28,056 nt of DNA from Fonticula alba ATCC 38817 (GCA_000388065.2 KB932202.1), one strand, 5' to 3'; shown: positions 8,866 through 19,846, counted from the first letter of the stretch. Notes: generated from the sequence alone by a model not told the origin. Numbers and translations are program-made.

Positions 8866-11800
8866 CGTACGCCTCTGCCTGGAGGGCGCGCATTCTGGCC
8901 TCGTCACCGCATCATCCCCAAAAGCCCCCCGATACCCAAGCCCAAACCCCCGGAGCATGATGCCCATGCCCCAGTGTGGGGCCGTATTGTTTCGTCGCCC
9001 CTTCTTTGCTGCTAATGATGGCCAGCCCGGCTGCTGCATCAGAGGCGCCCGTGGCTCGTTCTGCCCCCGCGCGCGCGCGCGCGCGTGTCATGGGCCCCCG
9101 GGCCTCGGCCATTTGCATGCATCCCTGTGTGCATGACCGCCGTCTGGGTGGGGGGTCGCGGCGCGTGCGTGCGTGCGTGCGAGCGTGCGTGGAACGGGCG
9201 ACGGCAGGGGCGAGGGCGGCCCGGTCGCGGCTTCCCCTTCAGACAGCCGAAGCTTCTTAACGTTTGATGGATCGCCGCCCCTGCCCCCCCCTCCCCGCGT
9301 GGACTTGGTGAAGGGGTCGCTCCTTATTCCACGAGAGCCCTGCGGTCAGTGCCCCGAGCATGGTCGCGGGCCGGCATGGCGCGCGCACACGCGGGCGCCA
9401 CCCGCCGGCGGAGGCCCCTGCCCCGAGCGGATGGCGAGGCGGAGGGCGGGCCAGACAGCCGGGTGAATCACACGGCCGGGCCGGCCAACAGGGGGGACGC
9501 GGCCTGCTTTTTCATTTGAAGGCCGCCCCGCCCCACCGGGCCACGCACTTCCCATGGCGCCATGCGCCAGGGGGCGGGCGGGCGGTGAGAGTGCGCGCGG
9601 CCCCTGGCGGCTGGGGCGGCGGCGCAGTCCCTTCCTTCGCTGGTTGTGCCGGCTTGTGTGTGTGTGTGGGTATGTGTGAGCCGGGTGTGCGCATGTGCGT
9701 GTGCGTGTGTGTGGCGCCCGCCCGGTGTATTGCCCCGTCCCCCGACGCCCCGTGGCCTGGGCGGGGGACGTCGAAACTGCGCTCTGCCCCCCCGGGCGGC
9801 GGCCGGAGGGACCGGGCGCGGGTGTGGTGGGGGCGGCCGGTGCGCGCGTCCGTCTATTGGCGGCCGCCTCCCCCGCTCCCTGTCCCTCTTCTTCCGCGTA
9901 TCATGCACGGCCCTGCGGCGCATGGGGCGCGCCGGCCAGCCGGCGCCCCCGGGTCCCACCGAGATCGCCCGGCGAAGTCAGTTACACCACCCCGCCCAGT
10001 CTGCGGAGCAACAGCCCGGGGGGCTGTCCTCGGGAGCCCTCGAGATGCTCCCACAAACGGCCCGGCGCGGCCAGGTGTCCCCCCCCCCCCCTGCGGCCTC
10101 CCCCTCCTGGCCCACCCGGGCCCGGGGCGACATGCGCCCATGATGTCCGCCGGTGTTGTGCCGGCTGGGCCCGCGGCACCGGGCCTTCTCGCCCGCCACC
10201 GCCGCACATCAGTCTCTCTCCCTGAGCAACCCCCCCCCCCCTGCTATGTCGATGATAGGCGGGCTCCAGCCTCTTTGGCAGGCCCCCTCCCGGAAGACGC
10301 ACATGTGCTTCGCCCTGTACACACAACCGGCCGGCAACGGCGTGCCGGGCCGGATGACTTCTGTTACCGCTCCGGGGGGGGGGGGGTGCGGGCTGGCAAT
10401 GGCTGCTTCATGGGTGATGATGGCTCAGCGCACGTTGCGTCGCTGCCGCCAGCCAGGCCCTTTGCGAGGACGCCCCCCCTCGGCCGGGCAGCCTGAGCCG
10501 GGGGCCGGTCCTGGTCTTCTCACGCGGCCGGGCCGCGTCGCAGGCGGAGAACAAGCCGATGGGGAGAGGGGGGGGGGGGGGGGACGGACGGGAGCCCTTT
10601 GGGCTTCTCTTCTCTGCGCTGGGCCCGGCCGGGCGCCACGCCACTCACACACGCCCCTGGGCCGCGGCACATCGGAAACGCCCACGGTCACACCGGCCGC
10701 TTTGGGCGTCCGCCCGGCCGCGCCGCGCCCGCCACCCCGGGCCGCTTCTTACAGACTCGCCACCCGCCCGAAGGCACACGGATGCCGGGCTGACATACGC
10801 ACACACATGCTTGGACACACCCACACCCACATGCATACGCGCACGCATGCTCGGGCACATGCGCCCGGCAAATGCCCTGCACCGCGCATTGGCCTCCCAG
10901 GTGGCATCTCCGCTGCATGCAATTCATGCGATGTAATTCCGGCTGTTCGAGCACACCGGCGCGGGTCCCAGTGTGCCTGCCGGCCTCTTCCGTGGAGGAG
11001 ATGCTCTCTCGCTCTCTCATACACACATACTCACCCCCACCCCCACACACACCCACACACCCACACACCCACACACCCACACACCCACACGATGCCAGCC
11101 ATCTAGGAATCTGGCCGACACGGATCGGCCCCTCTCCTCCTCCTCCTCCTCCCGGGAAGCTGCCGCTTCCTGACCCGGATCGGGAGATTTTCAAGCGGCT
11201 TCCTGTTTTCCCCGCGACTCCCCCCCGCCTGGCACCCAGCGCTCCTGCGCATCTCACTCACTCACTCACTCTCCCCCTTCCAGACACACGCACCTTCCCG
11301 TCCCCGTCCCCGCCCCCGCCCCCGCCCCCGCCCCCGTCTCCGTCCCCGCCGCCGCCTCCATCCACGCTCCCACTCCCCGTACACGCACACCGTACACGCA
11401 CACGTACATATCCCCCCTCTTCTCTCCTGGCAGTCGCTCTCCCTCCCTCCCCCCACCTCCCCCCCCGCCTGCCTCTGTGGGGCGTTTGCCTTTCGCCAGT
11501 CCGCCCGAGGCTTCCTCCCAGGCTGTCATTCGCACTTGCATGCCCGATCTACCGCCCCTTCCCCCCCCCTGACCGATCGTCTTCGCTCCCTTTGGCTGTC
11601 CCCCGGTCGCCGGCAGCTGCTCGCTTGCCTGCCTGCCCATCGCTGGTCGCCCGCAGCCGCGCGTTTGTCCACGTCCACGGTCGCGCGTCCGCCCACGCCC
11701 GTACCCACCCTCCTGAAGGGGGCCCCCGCGCGAGTGCGCGCGCGCGAGCATCACCGCCCGCCCCCCGCCCCTCGCCCGAGAGACGCCACGTCCCTCTGCT

Positions 11801-12622
11801 ATGATGTCCTTCGGATCGGTCGGCGACTCGTCCTTCCTTGCCTCCAATCCGAGCCCGATCCCGCCGCCGGCCAATGTTAGCGTGCACACGTCAATGGTGG
11901 CCGCCGCCGCGGTGAAGTACGCAGCGGCCGCGGCGGCCGCCGCTGCCGCCGCCAATGTGGGCGTCTTGCCAGCCACGGCGGCTGCTGCGGCCGCAGCCGC
12001 TGCCACCACCACCACCCCCACCTCCACCGCCACCACTCCCTCCACCACTGCCATCGGCGTGCCGGGGCCCGGCACTGCGGCGAGCTCCGGTCCGGCCAGC
12101 CCGCCTGCCGCGGGCAAGCCAGCCGCCGCCAGTGCCAGTGCCGGGCGCCCCTGCACCGGCAAGCCCTCGGCCAAGGCCGCTGGCAAGACCTCCGCCGGGG
12201 CGCATCGTGTCACCCGATCGGCGGCGGCGGCGGCGGCGGCGGCAGCTGTGGCGGCAGCCGCCGCGGCCGCCGCCACTTCCCCCTCCTCGGCCCCGGGGTC
12301 TGGGGGCTCCTCGGCCGCGGGTTCCCCGTCGGCGGTGGCTGCCGCGGCAGCCGCCGCGGCCGCGGCCGCCGCCTCTGTCGCCGCCCCCGGCCTCTCAACC
12401 GAGGGTCTCCCCCTGGACCCGATGATTGATGTGTCCAGGCCTTCGGTTCCCGGTACGGCGGCCTTCCTTCCTCCCTTCGGCCCTTCCTTTTCCCCCTCCG
12501 GCACCCACTGGGCCAGGGCCTGCGCCTGCGCCTGCAGGCATTCCCCCTGCCACTGACCTTCTCGAATGCCCCCCCCCCCCCCCCCCCCCCCCCGGGGGGG
12601 GGGGCCTTGTCGCGCCTTGTTC

Positions 12623-12687
<65 letters not shown>

Positions 12688-12978
12688 CTTGCAGATGCCA
12701 AGCCCGCCAGCCGGAGCCGCAAGCGTGTGGCCGCCGGCCCGGGCGCTTCCACAAACGTCGGCAATGGCCCCGCAACCGAGGGGAAGCCCCGTGCTGGTGC
12801 CGGCGCCTCCCGGCTGAAGGGTGCCGGCAAGGTGTCCTCCTCGTCCCTTTCCCCCGTCAAGGCGGCCCCATGCCCGATCCTCATCACCTCCTCCCTCGGT
12901 ATGTGTTCCTCGCTTTTCGGCCTTTCTGCTGGCCATTTTGTGACGGCTCCCGGCCACGCACGACAACCCCCTGGCACA

Positions 12979-13035
<57 letters not shown>

Positions 13036-15956
13036 ATGTGCTGACCCTTTGCCATCGCCACCTGCCAGCCCATCGGCCAGCCGGCGCCTCGTCAACCGGT
13101 GATGCCTTCGCCACCGACCAGGTGGGTCCCCCGCCGGCGGTGCATCTTCCGGCCACCCCCTCCTCGACGGGGGCAGTCCGGCCGGCTCCCAAGCGCCGCC
13201 AGCCGGCCTCCCGAACAAGTGCCGCCAATTCGACCACATGCGCTGCCGCCAGTCCCGCCAGTCGCGGCTCCACCCGTCCAAAGGTCGCATCGGCGCCGGC
13301 GCCGGCGCCGGCACCGGCCCCGGCACCGGCCCCGGCCCCGACCCCGCTCCCGGTCTCAATCCCGATGATCTCCACTGTGCATTTGTCAGGCGACCTCGGC
13401 GCCCAGGCCGCCTCGGCCGCCGGTCGCGCGACTGGCACTGGCCGCGGCTCGCGCCGGCGCGCGACTGCCACCACGACCGCAGTCACAGCCACGGCCGGGG
13501 CCCACCCCGTGGCCTACGCCCAGGCGCCGGCGGCTTCGATCCCGGTGGTGATCCCCGCGGCTGCTGCGGCTGCGGCGGCCGCTGCAGCCGCCGCCGCGGC
13601 CGCCGCCGCGGCCGCAGCCGCCGCCACCACCACCACCACCACCGCAGCATCGATCCCCTTCTCCGCGGGCAGTGTGTCCTTGCTCCCGGCTGGAGGCCCG
13701 GCCGCCTCGGCCGCCGGGGTGCGTCCCCTGCCGAATGCCCCGCTTGCGGCGGCAGCGGCCGCGGCCGCCGCCGCCGCCGCCGCGTCAATCACCAAGCCTG
13801 CGGCGTCATCCGGGCGTGGGCGCGGTCGGCCGGCCGTCTCGTCGGCCAACAATCCCGTGGCTGCCCGGTCGAATCCCCGGCAGACCGGTGCAACGGCCGC
13901 CGCCACACGGGCGGCTGCTCGTGCGCAGGCCGACAAATCCTACGACGAGCCGGATGGCCATTATAAGCTGCATCCTGGGGATGACTACAGCGAGCGCTGT
14001 GCGTCTGTCCCCCTGTTACCTGCTTTCATTCCCTGGGAGCTCCCCTCTCGCAAAGCCCGTCTCCCGTGCAGCCGCACCCCCCCCCCCCCCCACACACACA
14101 CATGCATACATGTAGCCCGTAACTGACGCCATCTCCCCTGTCTCTCCCCCTTTATGGCTCCTTCTCCTGGCAGTCCAAATCGTCAAAATGATCGGCGTCG
14201 GCACCTTCGGTCGTGTGGCCCAATGCATTGAGCGTGGCACCGGTCGAACGGTCGCCATCAAGATTGTTCGCAATGACCCGAAGGTTCGTCAATCCCTCCC
14301 CCCCCCCTCCCCTATCCCTCCGCAGTACCGCGAGGCCGCGAAGACGGAAATTCGCGTGCTGGATCGCATCCGCACATCGGACCCCAGTGACCAGATGGGC
14401 TGCATTCGCCTGCGCGAGTGGTTCGACTTCCGCAACCACATCTCCATGGTCTTCGAGATGCACGGCCAGTCGCTCTTCGACTTCCTGAAGGAGCTCCAGT
14501 ATCGGCCCTTCCCTCTGTACCAAATCCGGGATTTTGCGCGACAGCTCCTCCGATCGATCCAGTGTGCGTCTCCCCTCTTCCCTCTTCCCTCCTCCTGCCT
14601 TCCTCCTCCTTCCTCCCTCTTCCCTCCTCCTTCCTCCCTCCCCTCCCTCCCCTCTCCCCTCTTCCCTCTTCCCTCTTCCCTCCTTCTCCCTCCTTCTCCC
14701 TCCCCTCCCTCCCCTCCCTCCCCTCTCTTATTCCATCCAGGGGACTTCCCCCAGCATGTTTCCACTGTTGTCCCTTACTCCCCTCTCCTCGCCCGGCCTC
14801 CCCCTCGATTCGTGTCCGCGCATCCAGTCATCCACCAACTTCGTCTCGTCCACACGGACATCAAGCCGGAGAACATCCTCCTGATGGATTCGGGCAGCTT
14901 CCTTCCCACGGCCCCGGGGTCCGGCGGCGGGCGACTCCTGTCCAACACCATGATCCGTTTGATCGACTTCGGTTCCACGGTCTTCAATGACACCTATCCC
15001 GAGGGATACCGGTATAACATTGTCTGCACCCGGCACTACCGGGCGCCGGAAATCGTCCTCGGCCTTGGCTGGTCCTTCCCCTGTGACATGTGGGCATTGG
15101 GCTGTGTGCTGAGCGAGCTCTACAGTGGCGATGCGCTCTTCCACACCCACAACGACCTGGAGCACCTGGCCATGATGGCGCAGGTGTGCGGGTCCGACAT
15201 TCCGGCATCCATGCAAACCAGCACCATCGCCTCGCGCATGTTTGGCCGTGACCGAAAGCTGGCCTTCCCTTCACCGGAGACCAGCGAAAACAGCCTGCGC
15301 CGCGTGCGCAAGCTCAAGGACATCCGGGTGCGTTTGTCATGTCATTTCCGAGAGCGCACACCTGCCCCGCCGCTCGGTCGCCCCCTGGCGCCCGTCGGAG
15401 ACTCCCCCGCTGCTCAGACACAGGCGGCCCCTCCTGACACGCACCCTCCCTGCCCTCTCCCGCCTCTCCGACGGCACACACACCCGCACCCGCCCACCCA
15501 CACCCACACGCTTCCCATCCCCTCCCACCCCCTAGCACCATTGCTCTTCCAGCGACCCGAATGTCCGAGCTCTGTTCGACCTGATCCGCAAGTTGCTCAC
15601 CTACGAGCCGAGCAAGCGCATCACCGCATCCATGGCCCTGGCGCACCCCTTCATCACCGGCGACGTGAGCAGCTTCTTCTCCGGCGTGGCTCCGGTCTGC
15701 TTGAGCGGAGCCTGCAGCAAGGCGGGCATCCCCTTCCCGGCTGGGATCCGGTGTATTTGCAGCGGGGGCTACGGCACGCCGGCCGGGCCGCGGCTGGCCG
15801 GCAGTCGGTGCACCTGCCGCAGCTGCCACCAAGCGGTCAATGGCAACCTCCTGACATCCGACCTGCCGGCCCTCCTCAAGGGCGTCTCCGCCAGCGCCAG
15901 CACCCTGGTGCCGGCCATGCTGAATGCACATATGGGCGGTGGCCAAGTCACGCGCC

Positions 15957-15989
<33 letters not shown>

Positions 15990-17664
15990 TGGGTGAGCCC
16001 ATGGCCCGGGGCGTGGCCCGGCCGCGCATCCCACCGGCCGTGCGGCCGATTGTTTCGTCGATTGTCATCGACCTGACTCTGTCGCCGGAGCCGCCCGCAC
16101 CTGCTGCGATGTCGGGCCCGGGCGCCGCCGCCGCCGCCGCCGCTGCTGCTGCTGCTGCTACGGCTCACGGCCCTGGGCGCCCGGTTGCCGGTGGCCACTT
16201 TCAGAATGTCAACCCCACTGGCCGGCGGCCGCCACCAGCAGCAGCCTGCCGCCCCCACCTTGGTGCATCCTGCGCCCCGGGTATGCCTCTCTCACCTGTT
16301 GTGCATCCTATTGGGCAGGGGCTCGCTCCGCCCCTTTCCCTTCTTTTCTTTTTTTCCTCCTCCCATCCTCTCCTCGACTTGGTGTGCTGACTGCCTAATT
16401 TCCCCGTCCGCGTTCCTGTGTGCCCGATCGAAGGCGGGTCTCTGTCCGGTCGGCCAAGTGAGGCTGTCTCGACCGGGCCCCTGGTGACGTCGGTTTCTTC
16501 GCTGTCGCTCATGCCTCCGGGCGCGGCGGCCACGGCCAGCACGCATCTCCCCCGGCCGGCTGGCCCTGGGCCATTGCTGCTCGGCCAGCAGCTTCCATCA
16601 CCAGCGCGAGATGCAGTCATGCGCTCGGCATCTGGATCGCAGGCGAGCCTGCTGGATTCGGTCGGCGTCTCGGGGCACACCTCGGCTGCCGGCGTGGTGG
16701 CAGCCGCCGCTGCCGCGGCCCCCGCCCCCGCCACCGCCGGGCCCATGGCGCTCCCCGGTCGACCTGGCAGCAGCAGCAGCAGCAGCAACACCCTCGCTTT
16801 GGCTCCTCCCCGCGATGGGGGTTTTGTTGATCCGCCGACTCCCATGACTCTGGAGAACATCGGCAGCGCGGCAGCCCCAGGCAGTGCGACGAACTTGTCG
16901 CACCCACTGTCCGCCAGCGCGCGAGTCTTCACCGCTGCCTCTCCCTTGGCCGGGGGGAGCCTTCTAACAGCGGCAGCAGCAGCGGCGGCGGCGGCGGCGG
17001 CAGTCACGGCCGCCAATGCCGCCTCGGCCACGCCATTGCACCACCCGGCCACGGGGTTGCCCTCGTCCGTGGCCCTGGGATCGTTGCATGGTGGCCTCCG
17101 GGCCTTTCCCGACCATGTGGCACTGGCAATGACGGCCGCCTCGGGCCGGGCTTGCGGTGATCCGGTGTCGGCGGCTGGCCTCATGGCCGGGGGCGGTCTT
17201 TTTGGCCCGGTCGGCAGTGCCGTCCCGCCAAGCCCTGGCACTGGGATCCCCCTGGTATCGGGTCGTCTCTCGTCCAGCGGGTCTACCACGGATCTGGATG
17301 CCGCGCATTCGCCCTTCCACATGCAATTGTCGCAGCAGTCGCACCTGCAATCGCAGCTGCACCCACACTATCAGCATTTCCACCACCTTGAGGAGTCGAC
17401 CGGCGGCTTTCCCCTGACGCCCGGTGGCAGTGGCGGGCCGCCGGTCACCCCGGGCCGGGGTGCTCCGGTGATGGTTGCCGCAACGCCGACCACGGCCGAT
17501 CCCCTTGGCGTGGGGGGTCTCGGGACTGGGTGCCCCCTATTGGCGGGGTATCTCCCGCGAGAGTGCTTTGCTCCGACCCCAGGTGGCGGCTCGGGTGGAC
17601 CGCCGGCCAGCTCGGTCATTGATGATCGGCCCATGAGCTCGGGCTTCCTGCTTGCGCATAGCCC

Positions 17665-17710
<46 letters not shown>

Positions 17711-18005
17711 TCTCATATGTCTTCGCACAATCTTCCGGTGGCGAGCCTTTTGCAGTCACCNNNNNNNNNNNNNNNNNNNNNNNNNNNNNNNNNNNNNNNN
17801 NNNNNNNNNNNNNNNNNNNNNNNNNNNNNNNNNNNNNNNNNNNNNNNNNNNNNNNNNNNNNNNNNNNNNNNNNNNNNNNNNNNNNNNNNNNNNNNNNNNN
17901 NNNNNNNNNNNNNNNNNNNNNNNNNNNNNNNNNNNNNNNNNNNNNNNNNNNNNNNNNNNNNNNNNCCAGTCGCCAGGGTTCGTGCCTCTGGCACATCCCT
18001 TCATT

Positions 18006-18063
<58 letters not shown>

Positions 18064-19787
18064 TTCAGCACCAGCAACAGCAGCGAATCCACCACCACCA
18101 GCAGCAGCCGCAGCAACAGCAGATGCAGCAACAGCACATGCAGCACCATCACCTCCAGCAGCAGATGCACCACCAGAGGCTGCACCAGCATCACCAGCAA
18201 CAGCGTCAGCTCCTCCTTCTGCAGCATCAGCAGCAGCAGCAGCTTTTCCATCAGCTTCAGTATCATGAAGCCACGCGAAGCCAAGAAGCGTCGCCGATGT
18301 TGGGCGTCGCCGATGGTGGTCGGGCGGTTCCTTCTCCAATCAATGCAGGCCCTTCCTCCAAGGGCCCGGCCGTGTCAGGCGCCTCCTCGTCTTCGAATAA
18401 TCTCCTTGGCACGTCGCTGGACCTGATGCAAGCATCTGCAGTGGCAGCTGCAGCAGCCGCCGCCGCCGCCGCCGCCACCACCACCACCACCACCACGAGC
18501 TCGTCCACTGGGGGGCCACTCATCGGCGGCCACTCCTTCCATCAGCATCGCATGGTGGCGGGCCAATGTGCGGCTGACTCGCCACAGACCGATCCTCCGA
18601 GTGTTGTAAGCCGTGGGAGCCCCGCCACCCCGGTGGCCATGGCCGCCGCTCTGCAATCCTCACGCCAGCACACCACGGGCAAGCTCCCGCAGTCCCAATT
18701 CTTGTTCCAAGCGAATGCCGCCTCGTCGGGCGTCGGCTCGGCCGGCGGGCCCGATGGCGGAGGCACCCCTTTGCATCTTGGCTTGTCGCCCCTCGCGGCC
18801 AGTCTCCTTCGGAATGGTGGCAGTGCCGTGGGCGGCAGCATCTCGCAGGATCCGTCGCAGCTGGACCTGTTGGCCGCCGAGTCACCCACCCCCAAGACCA
18901 GCGCGGGCGGGGGCCCCACACCGGCGGGCCTGGGGTCTGGCTTCCCCGACGGCACCCAGGTCCTTGGCGGGGCGCCGGCCATCTTGCTGCAGAGCCCCGC
19001 CTCGTCGTATTCGCCGCACCCGGTGGTGGTTGGGCCGGGGGCGATGCCTGGCGGCGTGGCCGAGCCCCTCCCCCAGCAGCATGTCCAGCTGAATGCCCTG
19101 CAGCAACTTCACCAACTGTCCCGGAGTGGTGGCAGTAGCAGTGGTGGCGGTGGTGGCGGTGGTGGCGGTGGTGCTGGTGGTGGTAGTGCTGGCACTTCGG
19201 CCGCCGCGCTGCACCTGGCTCTGCTTGGCGGCAGCCAGCTGGTGGCGGCCCCTGGCCATCACCTGTCGTCCACTCGGTCAACGGCCGATTTGGGCTCCGC
19301 GTCGGTTGACAGCCTGCCCTCCTCCCCCCCGTCGCACGGGGTGCAGCAATCCCTCCTCCAGCAGTCATCCGGGGGAATGGGGCCGGCCGTGCAACCGCAC
19401 ATCCCCATTCAGCATCTCCAACCGTCGGCGCCACAGCAGCAGCAGCAGCAGCAGCAGCAGCACCCGTCATTGCCTTTTGCCATGACGCCGTTCGACCCGG
19501 CCGTTGGGCTTGGTGGTGGCCTTCTGCCACCATCGTCGTTGTCGTCGACAGGGGCAGCGGCTCCCACCGAGGGTCGGCCGCACTCGGCGCCCACGACGCT
19601 CTTCCGCGGCGCTGGCATTGATGACCGGGGGGTGCCGTCCTCCTCGTCCTCGTCGGCCATGGCGGCCGCAACGGCGGCGGCCTCCTTGGCGGCCCTCGTC
19701 TCGATGGCTGGCGGTCCGTCCATGTCTCCTGTCGGGATCCCTTCCCCTGCCTCGCCGCCCGGCCCCACGGGCGCCCCCTCGGCCTGA
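11801..19787 (+). CDS. CLK: LAMMER/CLK-family dual-specificity protein kinase (CMGC) with long low-complexity N- and C-terminal extensions; exons 11801-12452, 12695-12898, 13069-13998, 14174-14283, 14326-14563, 14828-15327, 15536-16280, 16434-19787 (last exon spans the N-gap)
   Basis: The spliced product contains DEPDGHY..PGDDYSERFQIVKMIGVGTFGRV, VAIKIVRNDPKYREAAKTEIRVL, WFDFRNHISMVFE, HTDIKPENILL, DFGS, TRHYRAPEIVLGLGWSFPCDMW, EHLAMMAQVCG and LLTYEPSKRITASMALAHPF, which are diagnostic CLK/Lkh1/Kns1 motifs. All seven introns are GT-AG and phase-compatible. Kinase identity is near certain. The exact start codon and continuity across the gap at 17761-17965 are less certain. Confidence 0.88.
12569..12686. 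repeat. Homopolymer block C25-G11 followed by C63 in kinase intron 1
   Basis: Visible runs. Their lengths may be assembly-unstable. Confidence 0.9.
12982..13024. repeat. (GT)n microsatellite in kinase intron 2
   Basis: Perfect dinucleotide run upstream of the GCTGAC branch point. Confidence 0.95.
13944..15652 (+). other. LAMMER kinase catalytic domain region (DEPDGHY to HPF), interrupted by four introns
   Basis: Gly-rich loop GVGTFG, VAIK lysine, alphaC Glu (KTEIRVL), HTDIKPEN catalytic loop, DFG and APE are all intact after splicing. Confidence 0.95.
17667..18245 (+). repeat. Coding CAG/CAA trinucleotide repeats (polyQ Q14, Q19 and a Q/H-rich segment) flanking the gap
   Basis: Reads HSP-Q14-PSH before the gap and HPFI-Q19-RIQHQQQQ after it. 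Confidence 0.9.
17761..17965. other. Assembly gap (205 N) inside the CAG-rich last exon of the kinase gene
   Basis: Run of N. The coding frame is 2 before the gap and 3 after it, so the estimated gap length is probably off by a non-multiple of 3. Confidence 1.
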
Positions 19788-19808
19788 GAGACGCCATGGT
19801 CGGTCTCT

Positions 19809-19846
<38 letters not shown>

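Noticed and set aside
10945-10950. GTTCGA resembling a tRNA T-loop or B-box
   Set aside because: No T-stem, acceptor stem or cloverleaf in the flanks.
12453-12516. Short 64-nt intron using the AG at 12515-12516, giving a polyproline exon
   Set aside because: That reading runs into poly-C and then into (GT)n. The longer intron to 12694 has a CACTGAC branch point and pyrimidine tract and restores a sensible frame.
11266-13359. 697-aa minus-strand ORF, and similar long antisense or off-frame ORFs (18520-20295, 25708-26961, 697-1860)
   Set aside because: They are shadows of GC-rich + strand coding exons, run through microsatellites and poly-G, and contain no recognisable domain.
17761-17965. 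Frameshift or pseudogene between frame 2 and frame 3
   Set aside because: The shift coincides with an N-gap of estimated length, so it is not evidence of a real frameshift.
16418-19787. Stand-alone polyQ gene(s) downstream of the kinase
   Set aside because: The ORF starts at GTG right beside a phase-compatible acceptor and there is no intergenic space, so it is better explained as the last kinase exon. Not fully excluded without cDNA.
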